A stretch of DNA of 64,000 nt from a virus: positions 32,001 to 96,000 of the IMG/VR virus record IMGVR_UViG_3300050821_003619; one strand, written 5' to 3'. The notes beneath the pieces are model-generated. The model was given only the letters and a program-made list of their open reading frames with translations, did no database searches and was not told the DNA's origin. This document shows, piece after piece, positions 28,241 to 37,078 of this stretch (positions are counted from its first letter, which is position 1; every line of letters begins with the position of its first letter). Both the position numbers and the translations under genes were made by a program.

Positions 28241-29637
28241 TGCTCAAAAAACTTTTATTGTTCTTGTTCGTCGTAGCTTGTACGGTAACCGGTGTAGCCC
28301 AGATGGGAACAGGCATTTCCCAATTTGCAACGGCTGTCACCGGAGATAACTTCGCACTATGCAGTGTATCCACGGGACGAAACTGCTTTAACCTTAGTGG
28401 TCCTGCATCTCCTGTGACCTTTACCAAGGTTGGGGCAGGTGTGGATAAATTCGCTCTTGCTTTGGATGTGAACGGAAACATCTACAAGTTTAACGAATAC
28501 CCGTCTGGAATCTGGACGGCTCTGCCTAATTTGGGAACTGGTTACAAAGGCATTGCTGTAGGAGACGCTAATCACGTCTACGTTCTAAAGAATGCCCGAG
28601 GAGCCGACTTTTACATCTACCAGCTAAACATGTCTACTGGAGCGCTGACAGCAGTCGCCGGAGGAGCAGGACAGCAGATTTCTGCCAAGGGCTCAACCGT
28701 AACAACCGCCATTAGCAACGGGGACGCTTTTGTAAGTCAAAACGGGGGAGAGTGGACTCTACTCCCGTGTGTCGGATGTTGGCGGTATGTTTCTCCGGCT
28801 TCTATTGGATACAGTGATTTTGTAGGTGCTAAAACCGATGAAAGTCTTTGGTACTACAACGGGAGCACTTTGAAACAAATTACTCCCGGTGGAGGATTGG
28901 CTATAGAAATGTCGCTCGAAGGCGATATCTATGTCATTGGCGGGGATAATCCTGATCACATCTATCACTTGATCCTGTACAACTTCCTTAGCGGGAAAAT
29001 AGCATGGGATGAGCTTGGTGGTGGACCTATGAGTGCCATCGCTACTGGCGGTACGATGTTCAACTGGTTCATTGGACCCCCGGTGAACGGATACACTATC
29101 TATCGCTTCGCAGACCAAGCTATCGGTGGACAAACAACTTTAACCGAAAATTCTGTACAATGCTCTGGTCCCGGCTGTCCGGCGACTCACGTAGGAAAAA
29201 CTTCGGCAGGACTGAACTTGTCTTCTAGTAATACTCCCAGTCCCAATACGGTTCCCGGCTCTCTTACTCAATGGACCGGTAATCCTACCAATCCGTTCAA
29301 CATTAAATCGATTGCATGGGATAGTAACCCTTTCGATTGTTTAGATGATTTTGGTTGCAACATGATTTTCGACAATTCCACAGTGAACTGCAGCGTGCTT
29401 GGAAACATCGACAATCAGACTCTGGCAGATGGTGGACCATTGCCCTTGTGCCCTCCAGACAATCAATGCTGTTCTCTGGCGGACCCCGGCAACAAGAGCC
29501 TGCATCAATGCAGTGCGTTTTGTCCGCAGTATTGTCCTCCTCCACCACCAAAGCCGCCTGTTCCACCAACTCCTCCGAAGCCGAAGCCTACACCGCTTCC
29601 TCTTCCGTATCCTTGTAAGATTCATTGCCGCAAGTAA
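28240..29637 (+). CDS. secreted tectonin/beta-propeller-like protein with Cys- and Pro-rich C-terminus
   Basis: signal peptide; repeated G.IY...W....G...IAVG blades; DGGPLPLC motif; poly-Pro. Confidence 0.65.
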   Translation: MLKKLLLFLFVVACTVTGVAQMGTGISQFATAVTGDNFALCSVSTGRNCFNLSGPASPVTFTKVGAGVDKFALALDVNGNIYKFNEYPSGIWTALPNLGTGYKGIAVGDANHVYVLKNARGADFYIYQLNMSTGALTAVAGGAGQQISAKGSTVTTAISNGDAFVSQNGGEWTLLPCVGCWRYVSPASIGYSDFVGAKTDESLWYYNGSTLKQITPGGGLAIEMSLEGDIYVIGGDNPDHIYHLILYNFLSGKIAWDELGGGPMSAIATGGTMFNWFIGPPVNGYTIYRFADQAIGGQTTLTENSVQCSGPGCPATHVGKTSAGLNLSSSNTPSPNTVPGSLTQWTGNPTNPFNIKSIAWDSNPFDCLDDFGCNMIFDNSTVNCSVLGNIDNQTLADGGPLPLCPPDNQCCSLADPGNKSLHQCSAFCPQYCPPPPPKPPVPPTPPKPKPTPLPLPYPCKIHCRK

Positions 29638-29645
29638 CCTAATGG

Positions 29646-29663
29646 GGAGCCCTACGGGGCTCC
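29646..29663 (+). promoter_or_regulatory. stable C(UACG)G hairpin upstream of recA
   Basis: GGAGCCC-TACG-GGGCTCC with no U-tract. Confidence 0.5.
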
Positions 29664-29684
29664 TCTAACTTAGAAAGGCATAGA

Positions 29685-30776
29685 TTGGCTTTTGGTAAAA
29701 AGAAAGAAAAAGAAGAGATTAAGAAAGAAAAAGTTGAAGCGCCCACAACTGAAGTAGAAAAGTTTAAGCGTCTCTTCGCCCTGTCTACCCAATTGGACAA
29801 GGACTTCAACACAGAAAATACATTGCAACGTATGGACAGCAAGGTTATAGTTGCTGTACCTAGCATTGCTACAGGTCTTCCAACTTTTGACTATACTGTA
29901 ATGCAAAGTGGTGGCATTCCTCGTGGTCGAATCATAGAAATATTCGGCCCAGAATCCGCTGGCAAAACCAGTATCACTTTGCACATTATTGCCGAAGAGC
30001 AGCGTAACGGAGGCATAGCAGCCTTCGTTGACGCCGAGCACGCCCTTGATCCGTCCTATGCCCGAAAGCTAGGGGTCAATGTCGATAAGCTGCTGATCAG
30101 TCAGCCCAGCTACGGCGAGCAGGCTCTAACCATTGTGGAGAGGCTGATTGAGTCTAAAGCCGTCAGCATAATCGTGGTGGATTCTGCCGCTGCTCTTACA
30201 CCCAAGGCCGAATTAGAAGGAGAGATGGGAGATAACCATGTAGGGCTGCAATCCCGTATGATGTCTCAGGCTATGCGTAAGCTGGCCGGTATCGCCTTCG
30301 ACAACAAGGTCACAGTAATATTCATTAACCAGATACGCGAGAAGATTGGCACCATGTACGGCAATCCAGAGACTACGCCCGGTGGACGTGCTCTAAAGCA
30401 CTATGCCAGCGTGCGTATCGATGTGCGTCGTAGAGAAGCCATCACTTTGTCTGGTAGCAAGGAAGACAAAAACATCCTTGGGCACGGTATTAAATTGAAA
30501 GCCGTGAAGAACAAAGTGGGTGTACCTTTCCGTGAAACAGAAGTAAAGCTGTTCTATGAGGATGGGTTTGACAAGATCGACAACTTGATTGAGTTTGCTT
30601 CTGACCTAAATCTGTTTGAGAGAGCAGGAGCATGGTACACATATGAGGAGCAGAGATTTCAGGGCTTAGCCGCTTTGAAAGAAGCTCTGAGTAATGACCC
30701 AAAGATCGTTGCATCTATTCAAAATAAAGTTAAAAAGATTGTAGATGCTCAGGTAGTGGTACCCACAGGAGTATAA
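29685..30776 (+). CDS. recA: RecA recombinase
   Basis: GGIPRGRIIEIFGPESAGKT, FVDAEHALDP, MSQAMRKL, FINQIR, GGRALK, VKNKV. Confidence 0.95.
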   Translation: MAFGKKKEKEEIKKEKVEAPTTEVEKFKRLFALSTQLDKDFNTENTLQRMDSKVIVAVPSIATGLPTFDYTVMQSGGIPRGRIIEIFGPESAGKTSITLHIIAEEQRNGGIAAFVDAEHALDPSYARKLGVNVDKLLISQPSYGEQALTIVERLIESKAVSIIVVDSAAALTPKAELEGEMGDNHVGLQSRMMSQAMRKLAGIAFDNKVTVIFINQIREKIGTMYGNPETTPGGRALKHYASVRIDVRRREAITLSGSKEDKNILGHGIKLKAVKNKVGVPFRETEVKLFYEDGFDKIDNLIEFASDLNLFERAGAWYTYEEQRFQGLAALKEALSNDPKIVASIQNKVKKIVDAQVVVPTGV

Positions 30777-31297
30777 TGAAGAAGAAGCTCTGGATACAAA
30801 CCTATTCGGGGCTGAGGTTTGATTATAGCAACATCAAGGGCAATAGAATCGTTATAGAGGATATTGCCCACTCTTTATCAAACATCGCCCGATTCACAGG
30901 CCACACAGATTTCTACTCAGTGGCTCAGCACTCGATATACGTATCACAAAACGTTCCACCAGAGGATGCTCTTTGGGGCCTGCTGCACGATGCTTCAGAA
31001 GCGTACGCCGGGGATGTCAATAAACCGCTAAAGAATAAGCTGGGGGACAGCTATAGGGATATAGAAGGTAAGATTCACCGATTAGTAGCCAAGACCTTTA
31101 AACTTAAGGGCAGCATACCTATGTCAGTTCATCTTGCTGACCTTAGGCTGCTGCTTACAGAGAAAAGAGACCTGTTTCGAGATCAGATACCGTGGGATGG
31201 ATATGTAGGACTAGAGCCGTTCGCATTCAAGATTAAACCGTGGTCTCCAAAAGTGGCAAAGAAGAAATTCTTAGAAAAATTCAAATACCTGTACTAG
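30776..31297 (+). CDS. HD-domain nucleotidase (YfdR-like)
   Basis: DIAHSLS...RFxGH...YSVAQHS...LLHDASEAYxGD. Confidence 0.85.
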   Translation: MKKKLWIQTYSGLRFDYSNIKGNRIVIEDIAHSLSNIARFTGHTDFYSVAQHSIYVSQNVPPEDALWGLLHDASEAYAGDVNKPLKNKLGDSYRDIEGKIHRLVAKTFKLKGSIPMSVHLADLRLLLTEKRDLFRDQIPWDGYVGLEPFAFKIKPWSPKVAKKKFLEKFKYLY

Positions 31298-31310
31298 GAG
31301 AAAGTAATGT

Positions 31311-31697
31311 ATGCCGGACAATTCGAACCAGAGTGGGAAGAGCAATACAACTCAGCAGAGCCAATTGACGCACTCAAATACCTTTTCTACCTCATCACAA
31401 GGAAAGCGGAAGAGAAAGCGCAACCGAGGAAAAAGAAATCCGGCACTGGCACCAAAAAAGTTTCAAGCTCCAGTAAAAGAGTACGTAAGCAAGTGCTGCT
31501 CAGTAGCAGCGAAGAAACCGAGAACAGGAACTTCGACTGGAACGCGCTCCGAAGGATCAGGAAAGAAAGTAACTATTGACCCTACGCAAGTGAAAGGTCT
31601 TAGTGGCTGGCGTTGTGGTGCTTGCGGGAAAGCGTGTAAGGTGACGCCTCAGGCTCCAAAGCCAAAGGAGGATGCACCGGTTGAAACACACGTTTAG
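31311..31697 (+). CDS. basic Zn-ribbon protein
   Basis: SKCC...WRCGACGKAC; alternative frame 31307..31579 is also open. Confidence 0.5.
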   Translation: MPDNSNQSGKSNTTQQSQLTHSNTFSTSSQGKRKRKRNRGKRNPALAPKKFQAPVKEYVSKCCSVAAKKPRTGTSTGTRSEGSGKKVTIDPTQVKGLSGWRCGACGKACKVTPQAPKPKEDAPVETHV

Positions 31698-31835
31698 GGG
31701 CTACATACTGTTTGTTTTTGGTTACATTTTCTTAGCCATTGCACATCGGTCCCCCAAACCGGAGTTATTTGCCGTTGCCATGTTTCTCTTTATTGTCGCT
31801 CTGGTTATGTTTGTTTACAGCATAGTGAGGAATCA

Positions 31836-32246
31836 ATGAAAAAGTTTTTATTGCTAACCGTGCTTCTGTTAACGGGACTTACGGAGGCTGCTATACCGAA
31901 GCACGGTTCGAATTCATTGGGGGTAGTGATATCACAAGAGAACCCGTTTACCTACCGTGCAGGATCAGTCATAACCGTATTTGATGTAGAAGAAGGTAAA
32001 GGGTACGTCATACGTATTCAGCCTTACAAAACCTATCTGTCATTCTTTGAAGACATTTTGGTTTGTGGGGAACATATTGATGCTGGTGGGCAGATCAGTG
32101 ACGCCATAGATATGTTCGATCAGAAGCAGAACCCTCTTATGCTGGTGTACCGTATCCGAGCATCACGCACCGTTGAAGGTGTAGGTTGCCACGAGTTGGT
32201 TGGGGTCAACGAGATTAAGGTTAAAAAGGACGACAAATGGAAGTAA
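31836..32246 (+). CDS. secreted hypothetical protein
   Basis: signal peptide ending TEA. Confidence 0.6.
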   Translation: MKKFLLLTVLLLTGLTEAAIPKHGSNSLGVVISQENPFTYRAGSVITVFDVEEGKGYVIRIQPYKTYLSFFEDILVCGEHIDAGGQISDAIDMFDQKQNPLMLVYRIRASRTVEGVGCHELVGVNEIKVKKDDKWK

Positions 32247-32641
32247 AGATTAAAGTACAGAGAAGTAAACCCACAGGCAAAAGTACTCCCGGCACCATGT
32301 CTCTCAATGGAGTTTTCGAATGCTTTACCATGGAGCCTGATCCGGTTACACCAGCTATTGCCGGTCACCCTTCAATTCCTGCCGGTGTATATCCTGTGCA
32401 GCTAACCAAATCCCCGCATTTAGGTTACATTACTCCAGAACTACTGGCTGTTCCGGGGCGCTCAGCTATTCGCATTCATATCGCAAACTACCCTACTGAG
32501 CTTGAAGGATGCACAGCGGTAGGACAATCACAGGAGCAGGATTTTGTTGGGTTCAGCAAGAACGCATTCGAGGCGTTGATGCAAAAACTAACGAGCCTGC
32601 AGGTAACCACAATTACGGCAGAGTATGTGGATGCTGAGTAA
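32237..32641 (+). CDS. DUF5675-type putative peptidoglycan peptidase (endolysin)
   Basis: STxG...CFTxE...IPAGxY...VPGRSxIRIHxAN...EGCxxVG. Confidence 0.75.
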   Translation: MEVKIKVQRSKPTGKSTPGTMSLNGVFECFTMEPDPVTPAIAGHPSIPAGVYPVQLTKSPHLGYITPELLAVPGRSAIRIHIANYPTELEGCTAVGQSQEQDFVGFSKNAFEALMQKLTSLQVTTITAEYVDAE

Positions 32642-32656
32642 AATAAACTACGGAGA

Positions 32657-33043
32657 ATGGCTAGGATGGGCTGGTGCATTTTTGTCTCTAGGGTCATCAA
32701 TTGGATACGCGGTGGTTGGAGACAAACGGCGAGCGATATACTACGCTCTGGCTTTTGGAATCAGCGCTACCGTCCTGTGGAGGTAGGTGGAACATTGAAG
32801 ATAGTCTCAATGAACGATGTTGGAACACGAATGCAGCATCTTGCCGATTTGCATGAGCTTTGGACAGACGGCGTAGGTATACTATCTCAGTCAGCATATA
32901 AGACTGAATTCAACGATAACCTTGTGGAAGAGTTACACATCTGCATCAAGCATCTAGAAAACCACATGACAAAAGATTACATACAGAGCGATTACGCTGC
33001 GGAGATTAACAAGATCGGAACTACACCACCACCAGAAGAATAA
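32657..33043 (+). CDS. hypothetical protein
   Basis: GGAG RBS; co-oriented ORF. Confidence 0.5.
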   Translation: MARMGWCIFVSRVINWIRGGWRQTASDILRSGFWNQRYRPVEVGGTLKIVSMNDVGTRMQHLADLHELWTDGVGILSQSAYKTEFNDNLVEELHICIKHLENHMTKDYIQSDYAAEINKIGTTPPPEE

Positions 33044-33099
33044 AAATAGCAGTAAAACAAGTGCGCCTTGCTAGCGTACAAAAACACGAAGGAGAATAC

Positions 33100-33699
33100 A
33101 TGAAAAGCTTAGTAAAAATGATTGTGCTTGCTGCAATCATCTCATTAAGTGGTTCGTGCTTTGCCCAGTGCAATGTACGGTGTCAGGCCGCTTTTAAATT
33201 TGTTGTGTCCCATGAAGATCGTAACTTAACCGGCGTAGTTAGCCCAGAACCATTCGGGGGAGTAGCCCGTTTTGGTGTCAATAGCCACGCGCACCCAGAA
33301 GCAATCCGTGCAGGGTTTTACCGTATGAGCAAATTGCGAGCCCTGCGCTATGCACAGAACCTGTTCTATAAGCAGTACTGGTCAAAGATGGATTGCGATC
33401 AGATTCAGGATTACCACTTGGCATATCGTGTAGCAGACCTTGCTTATAATCTTGGACCAATACGTGCTACAATACTTCTACAGCGTGCACTGAATGAGCT
33501 AGGATCAAACCTTGTCACTAAAGGATACCTTGGACAAGACACTATAGACGCTCTGTCAAATCAGCCCTCTTCAGCGGTGAATGTGTTGTTAAAGGTGCAA
33601 GCTGTGGGATTCTATTCAAGATTGGCCCGTAAACATACAGTAATGCGTGCATGGAAAGCAGTATGGATGGCTAGATTAGCAGAGACTGAGGAGGTATAA
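33100..33699 (+). CDS. GH108-like N-acetylmuramidase with signal peptide
   Basis: HE...GG...FGV..AHP...YW...D.AYNLG..RA..LLQRAL...G.LG..T; AAGGAG RBS. Confidence 0.75.
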   Translation: MKSLVKMIVLAAIISLSGSCFAQCNVRCQAAFKFVVSHEDRNLTGVVSPEPFGGVARFGVNSHAHPEAIRAGFYRMSKLRALRYAQNLFYKQYWSKMDCDQIQDYHLAYRVADLAYNLGPIRATILLQRALNELGSNLVTKGYLGQDTIDALSNQPSSAVNVLLKVQAVGFYSRLARKHTVMRAWKAVWMARLAETEEV

Positions 33700-33703
33700 A
33701 ACT

Positions 33704-34306
33704 ATGACTGACACGGCGGAGTATTACCGCATAGAGGCTCTCAAGAAACAGTTGGCCGAGGGGCACACTCTCCCGCCTCAGGCTCCGCCAGCGCCGAGCC
33801 AATATGAGGTAGACCTTTGTTTGCGTGAGGGACACGCTGCCCATGAAGGCGTGTGTCGAAATGAAGGCTGCTATTGCACTGGACACGAACCCGCCGCCAC
33901 GCCAGCAGTTCCTCGGAGCGCCGAGCCTGAGGCTGAGCCAGTTAAATCATTCCACAATACGCCGGATTACATTAATGGTCAGAGGTCTATTTTCAGGTTC
34001 ACAGCGCGATGTTTACAAGAAATTCCACAACAAAATTCCGAAGGCTGGAATCGCTACGATACCGATACGGAGCACGTGTTACACGTATGGGCTGCTGGAA
34101 AATCCTATGATATTCGCGCTCCAAGGGTAGAATTTTTGCCGTTTGTTGAACTTCGCTATGGCGTCTTGTGGGACATAAAAGACGAACCCGCCGCTACGCC
34201 AGCAGTTCCTCGGTCCTCACGTTTGGAACTCGCGGAGCAGAAGTTGGCCGAACAAGGAATCATTTGGGAGGAAGGGAAAGGGTATGTATTCAATGGAAAA
34301 GACTGA
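33704..34306 (+). CDS. modular hypothetical protein
   Basis: GGAGG RBS; two EPAATPAVPRS linkers. Confidence 0.6.
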   Translation: MTDTAEYYRIEALKKQLAEGHTLPPQAPPAPSQYEVDLCLREGHAAHEGVCRNEGCYCTGHEPAATPAVPRSAEPEAEPVKSFHNTPDYINGQRSIFRFTARCLQEIPQQNSEGWNRYDTDTEHVLHVWAAGKSYDIRAPRVEFLPFVELRYGVLWDIKDEPAATPAVPRSSRLELAEQKLAEQGIIWEEGKGYVFNGKD

Positions 34307-34328
34307 GCGAGCGCCAGCAGTTCCTCGG
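33885..34328 (+). repeat. three dispersed direct repeats encoding PAVPR
   Basis: 32-nt copies at 33885-33916 and 34182-34213 (one mismatch); 17-nt core CGCCAGCAGTTCCTCGG again at 34312-34328. Confidence 0.85.
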
Positions 34329-34673
34329 GACGCCGCGCGTTGGGAATTTAACGGCTGCGGTGAGATATTTCGTAACGGGCAGAAGGTGGCGGTATGTTCT
34401 CGATCGATTGGCGGAAATCAGGAAGTATGCAGATTTATCGTGCGGGCCTGTAGCGATGACGCCACACTCCGCGAGCAGCTTGTCGCCGCACAGAAAGAGA
34501 TCGAGCGGAAAGGAATTGCGTTGCGGCAACTAGTTGAAAAGCTCGACCAGATGGAAAAGCCATTAATGGACCTGTGCATATTGAATCACACGCACGGAAG
34601 GCCATACACGGGGCCAAACTGGGCCGAAGAAATGAAGCTGGCCCGCGTCGCTCTCGCTCAGGAGAAGAAATGA
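34293..34673 (+). CDS. modular hypothetical protein
   Basis: starts MEKTERAPAVPR; coiled-coil segment. Confidence 0.55.
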   Translation: MEKTERAPAVPRDAARWEFNGCGEIFRNGQKVAVCSRSIGGNQEVCRFIVRACSDDATLREQLVAAQKEIERKGIALRQLVEKLDQMEKPLMDLCILNHTHGRPYTGPNWAEEMKLARVALAQEKK

Positions 34674-35080
34674 AACTATTTAAACGTATGAGAGACGGGG
34701 GACCTGAATCCCCTGTCATTGGTTACTTCCTAATAGAAATTAAATCTCTGTTCTCAATTGTTCTGCTGCACTTCGGCGGGACCAGAGAGAACTTCCACAG
34801 CCACGCTTTCAATGCTGTAACGTTCTGGCTCAAAGGGCGTGTGCAAGAAAAAATAGTCTCCGCTTTGGGTAAAGAATATGGGCACGCTTGGACAGCAGGA
34901 AACTTGAAGTACACACCTCGTGGACTAATGCACAAGGTGGTTCCTATAACCGACGCTTGGGCTATTTCATTTCGAGGGCCTTGGTCTAAGACGTGGCAGG
35001 AGTTCTCACCTACAGAGAATAAAACCACCACTCTTACGCATGGCCGTAAGGTGGTAGAGATTGAATATTTCGTAAAATAA
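34670..35080 (+). CDS. cupin-like conserved phage protein
   Basis: DGGPESxV...RExFHSHAF...G.xxE...HKV; AGGAG RBS. Confidence 0.65.
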   Translation: MKLFKRMRDGGPESPVIGYFLIEIKSLFSIVLLHFGGTRENFHSHAFNAVTFWLKGRVQEKIVSALGKEYGHAWTAGNLKYTPRGLMHKVVPITDAWAISFRGPWSKTWQEFSPTENKTTTLTHGRKVVEIEYFVK

Positions 35081-35082
35081 AC

Positions 35083-35140
35083 AAAAAAAATAGCCCCTGT
35101 AGACCTCCGATTTGGAGAAATCTACAGGGGCTTTTCTTAT
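35083..35140. terminator. bidirectional intrinsic terminator at the arm convergence
   Basis: A-tract, AGCCCCTGTAGA/TCTACAGGGGCT stem, T-tract. Confidence 0.8.
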
Positions 35141-35277
35141 TTGGTATGTGCAACGTCTGCTGCTTTGAAAGGACCGCAACCCTTTGTACGACAAAGAGGC
35201 ATTGGATCACTTCCATCAGCAAACATATTCATTGGCACCATAGCCAACATTAACAACAGGATTAAACGTACTTTCAT
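35137..35277 (-). CDS. 46-aa secreted Cys peptide (DGSDPMPLC)
   Basis: GGAGG RBS; MKVRLILLLMLAMVPMNMFA-DGSDPMPLCRTKGCGPFKAADVAHTK. Confidence 0.75.
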   Translation of the reverse strand: MKVRLILLLMLAMVPMNMFADGSDPMPLCRTKGCGPFKAADVAHTK

Positions 35278-35448
35278 TTAGCTTCCTCCACAATGTACTG
35301 GACCAGTTAAACTGCAGCACTTTTTAGAAGGCTCACAAAGAGGCAACGGGCCACCATCTTTGCGAACGTGAGAAGCACTGATTGCAGCCTGAGCGATACC
35401 GCAGCCTAGGACGCCGAACAGCACGTACAACATCAGTTCTTTCTTCAT
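35278..35448 (-). CDS. 56-aa secreted Cys peptide (DGGPLPLC)
   Basis: MKKELMLYVLFGVLGCGIAQA-AISASHVRK-DGGPLPLCEPSKKCCSLTGPVHCGGS; stop abuts the next start. Confidence 0.75.
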   Translation of the reverse strand: MKKELMLYVLFGVLGCGIAQAAISASHVRKDGGPLPLCEPSKKCCSLTGPVHCGGS

Positions 35449-35489
35449 GTTTTACTTCTTTCTCTCTGCATCGTTACCACAGAGGCCGT

Positions 35490-36248
35490 CTACAATACAC
35501 CAGAACCGATCAAAATGCCAATAGCTAATACTGGGGGAGCAATTTTAGCCACAGTCTTCGCCCCGGATATAAAGCGTTGCCATCTGGACGGCTTGACCAC
35601 CCGCTTGTAATCAGCAATAGTCTTGTTGGCACCGGTTAAAGTGTCCTTGCATTGATTTAAGTCGTTGGTAAGACTAGAGATATTGCCATTTTGTAGGTCA
35701 ACGATCTGCTTCTCATCCTGAAAATTGGCCGTTTCGGTGTCTAACTGTACCTTTGTAATAGCCACTTTTTGGGCCTGAGGCGTTGTCAGAGCGATAGTTG
35801 AGTCAGGGGAGGCAGTTACTGGCCCAAAGGCTGGGTCAGAGGCGTATAACGCATCTAATGCGTTTTTGACCTGAATAACCGAAGCATTGGGCTGTAAACC
35901 GGTCTGAACTACCGGTGGAGGGGGAGCCGTAGCTCTACGGGCCACCTGAGCTTCAAGGTCGGCTATTTTAGCGTTAGCCTGCTGACGCTCTGCTGAATCC
36001 TGAGCTAGCTGCTGCCTAAAGGCGTCTAGTTGTGCCGTATATGCGGCTTGTTGAGTCTGTGCCTTGTCGAGCAAGGTGTTGAAGCCTTTGAGGGCCATGT
36101 AGCCACCGGCACATGCCATGCCGATGACCAGAACAAGAACTGCGAGCACGCCATAGGACAAAGTTAAAGTTCTATGAGCCAAGCTCGCAAATTCTCCGTG
36201 AAGGTCACTCAGTAGTTGGCTACTGCTTACTTGTGTTGGTTCCGCCAT
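35490..36248 (-). CDS. membrane-anchored coiled-coil protein (spanin-like?)
   Basis: N-terminal TM, coiled coils, C-terminal TM. Confidence 0.5.
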   Translation of the reverse strand: MAEPTQVSSSQLLSDLHGEFASLAHRTLTLSYGVLAVLVLVIGMACAGGYMALKGFNTLLDKAQTQQAAYTAQLDAFRQQLAQDSAERQQANAKIADLEAQVARRATAPPPPVVQTGLQPNASVIQVKNALDALYASDPAFGPVTASPDSTIALTTPQAQKVAITKVQLDTETANFQDEKQIVDLQNGNISSLTNDLNQCKDTLTGANKTIADYKRVVKPSRWQRFISGAKTVAKIAPPVLAIGILIGSGVL

Positions 36249-36942
36249 CTTGAGTCTCCGATGGATTAAAAGTACGTGCTACGTCTAAAGTTTTTTGTGT
36301 GAAATTAAGAATAAACCCTGCGGACTGGTGAACATTACGATGCCAGAACCATAGAAACTTTTCTACTGATTCGGTTCTGTACGTCATCACAGCTACAATC
36401 TGATTTTGAGAGTTGTATACCGCCGAACCACTGTCACCTGCTATTGATAGAATAGTGTAGTAGCCAAGATGGGCATCCTGATCAACATCACTTACTGGGT
36501 CACCCTCTAGAAATTTTCCTTGCTTTAATGTGCAGGGAAAACCTCCTCCACCACAACCGTAAATATACACTGCTTCTCCAGCAGATAAATCTTTGGGGTC
36601 AGCCTGTACAACAGCTAGGTTTCTAAACGGTGCTTCTGCTAGAACAACGATCATATGGTCTCGACCGTCGCCTGTAGCAGCGATTACTTGGTATTTATGA
36701 ACTGAAAAATCAATAGTAATATGATCAGCTATACGGTCATCTTCTGCACAATGGCTGGCTGTGAGAAAAGCAGCCGGTCCAATAGCGGTTGCTGTACAGG
36801 AGTCTACTGGTTCACCGTCTTTATCTAAAAATGAAATAAGATGTGAGGCTCTTTGCTGAGCGGTTACGGGCGTATTCTTGGTACATCCGAGGGAGAAGAG
36901 AAGGGCCACCGACAATAACGCAGTGGCGATGCGCTGGTGCAT
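36220..36942 (-). CDS. trypsin-fold serine protease lipoprotein
   Basis: lipobox SLGC; CTAT, LTASHC, D, GDSGS. Confidence 0.85.
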   Translation of the reverse strand: MHQRIATALLSVALLFSLGCTKNTPVTAQQRASHLISFLDKDGEPVDSCTATAIGPAAFLTASHCAEDDRIADHITIDFSVHKYQVIAATGDGRDHMIVVLAEAPFRNLAVVQADPKDLSAGEAVYIYGCGGGGFPCTLKQGKFLEGDPVSDVDQDAHLGYYTILSIAGDSGSAVYNSQNQIVAVMTYRTESVEKFLWFWHRNVHQSAGFILNFTQKTLDVARTFNPSETQDGGTNTSKQ

Positions 36943-37008
36943 TGGAGTTTCCTACAGGGCACATATTAAACTGGTACTCATTTTGAGCACCCCTGTTCCA
37001 GTTTGCAA

Positions 37009-37047
37009 CAAAAATGCCCACCCAGTTTCCTGAACTGTGGGTGGGCG
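37009..37047 (-). terminator. intrinsic terminator after dNMP kinase
   Basis: GCCCACCC/GGGTGGGC stem, then a T-run on the minus strand. Confidence 0.55.
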
Positions 37048-37078
37048 TATTGGCAGGCTATTTTTTTATGGACGTTTC

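Noticed and set aside
33885-34328. CRISPR repeats or att sites
   Set aside because: Spacing is uneven (297 and 115 nt), the repeats are protein-coding, and no cas or integrase gene is in the window
35452-35545. embedded o-spanin in an alternative frame
   Set aside because: The short open frame has no start codon or lipobox
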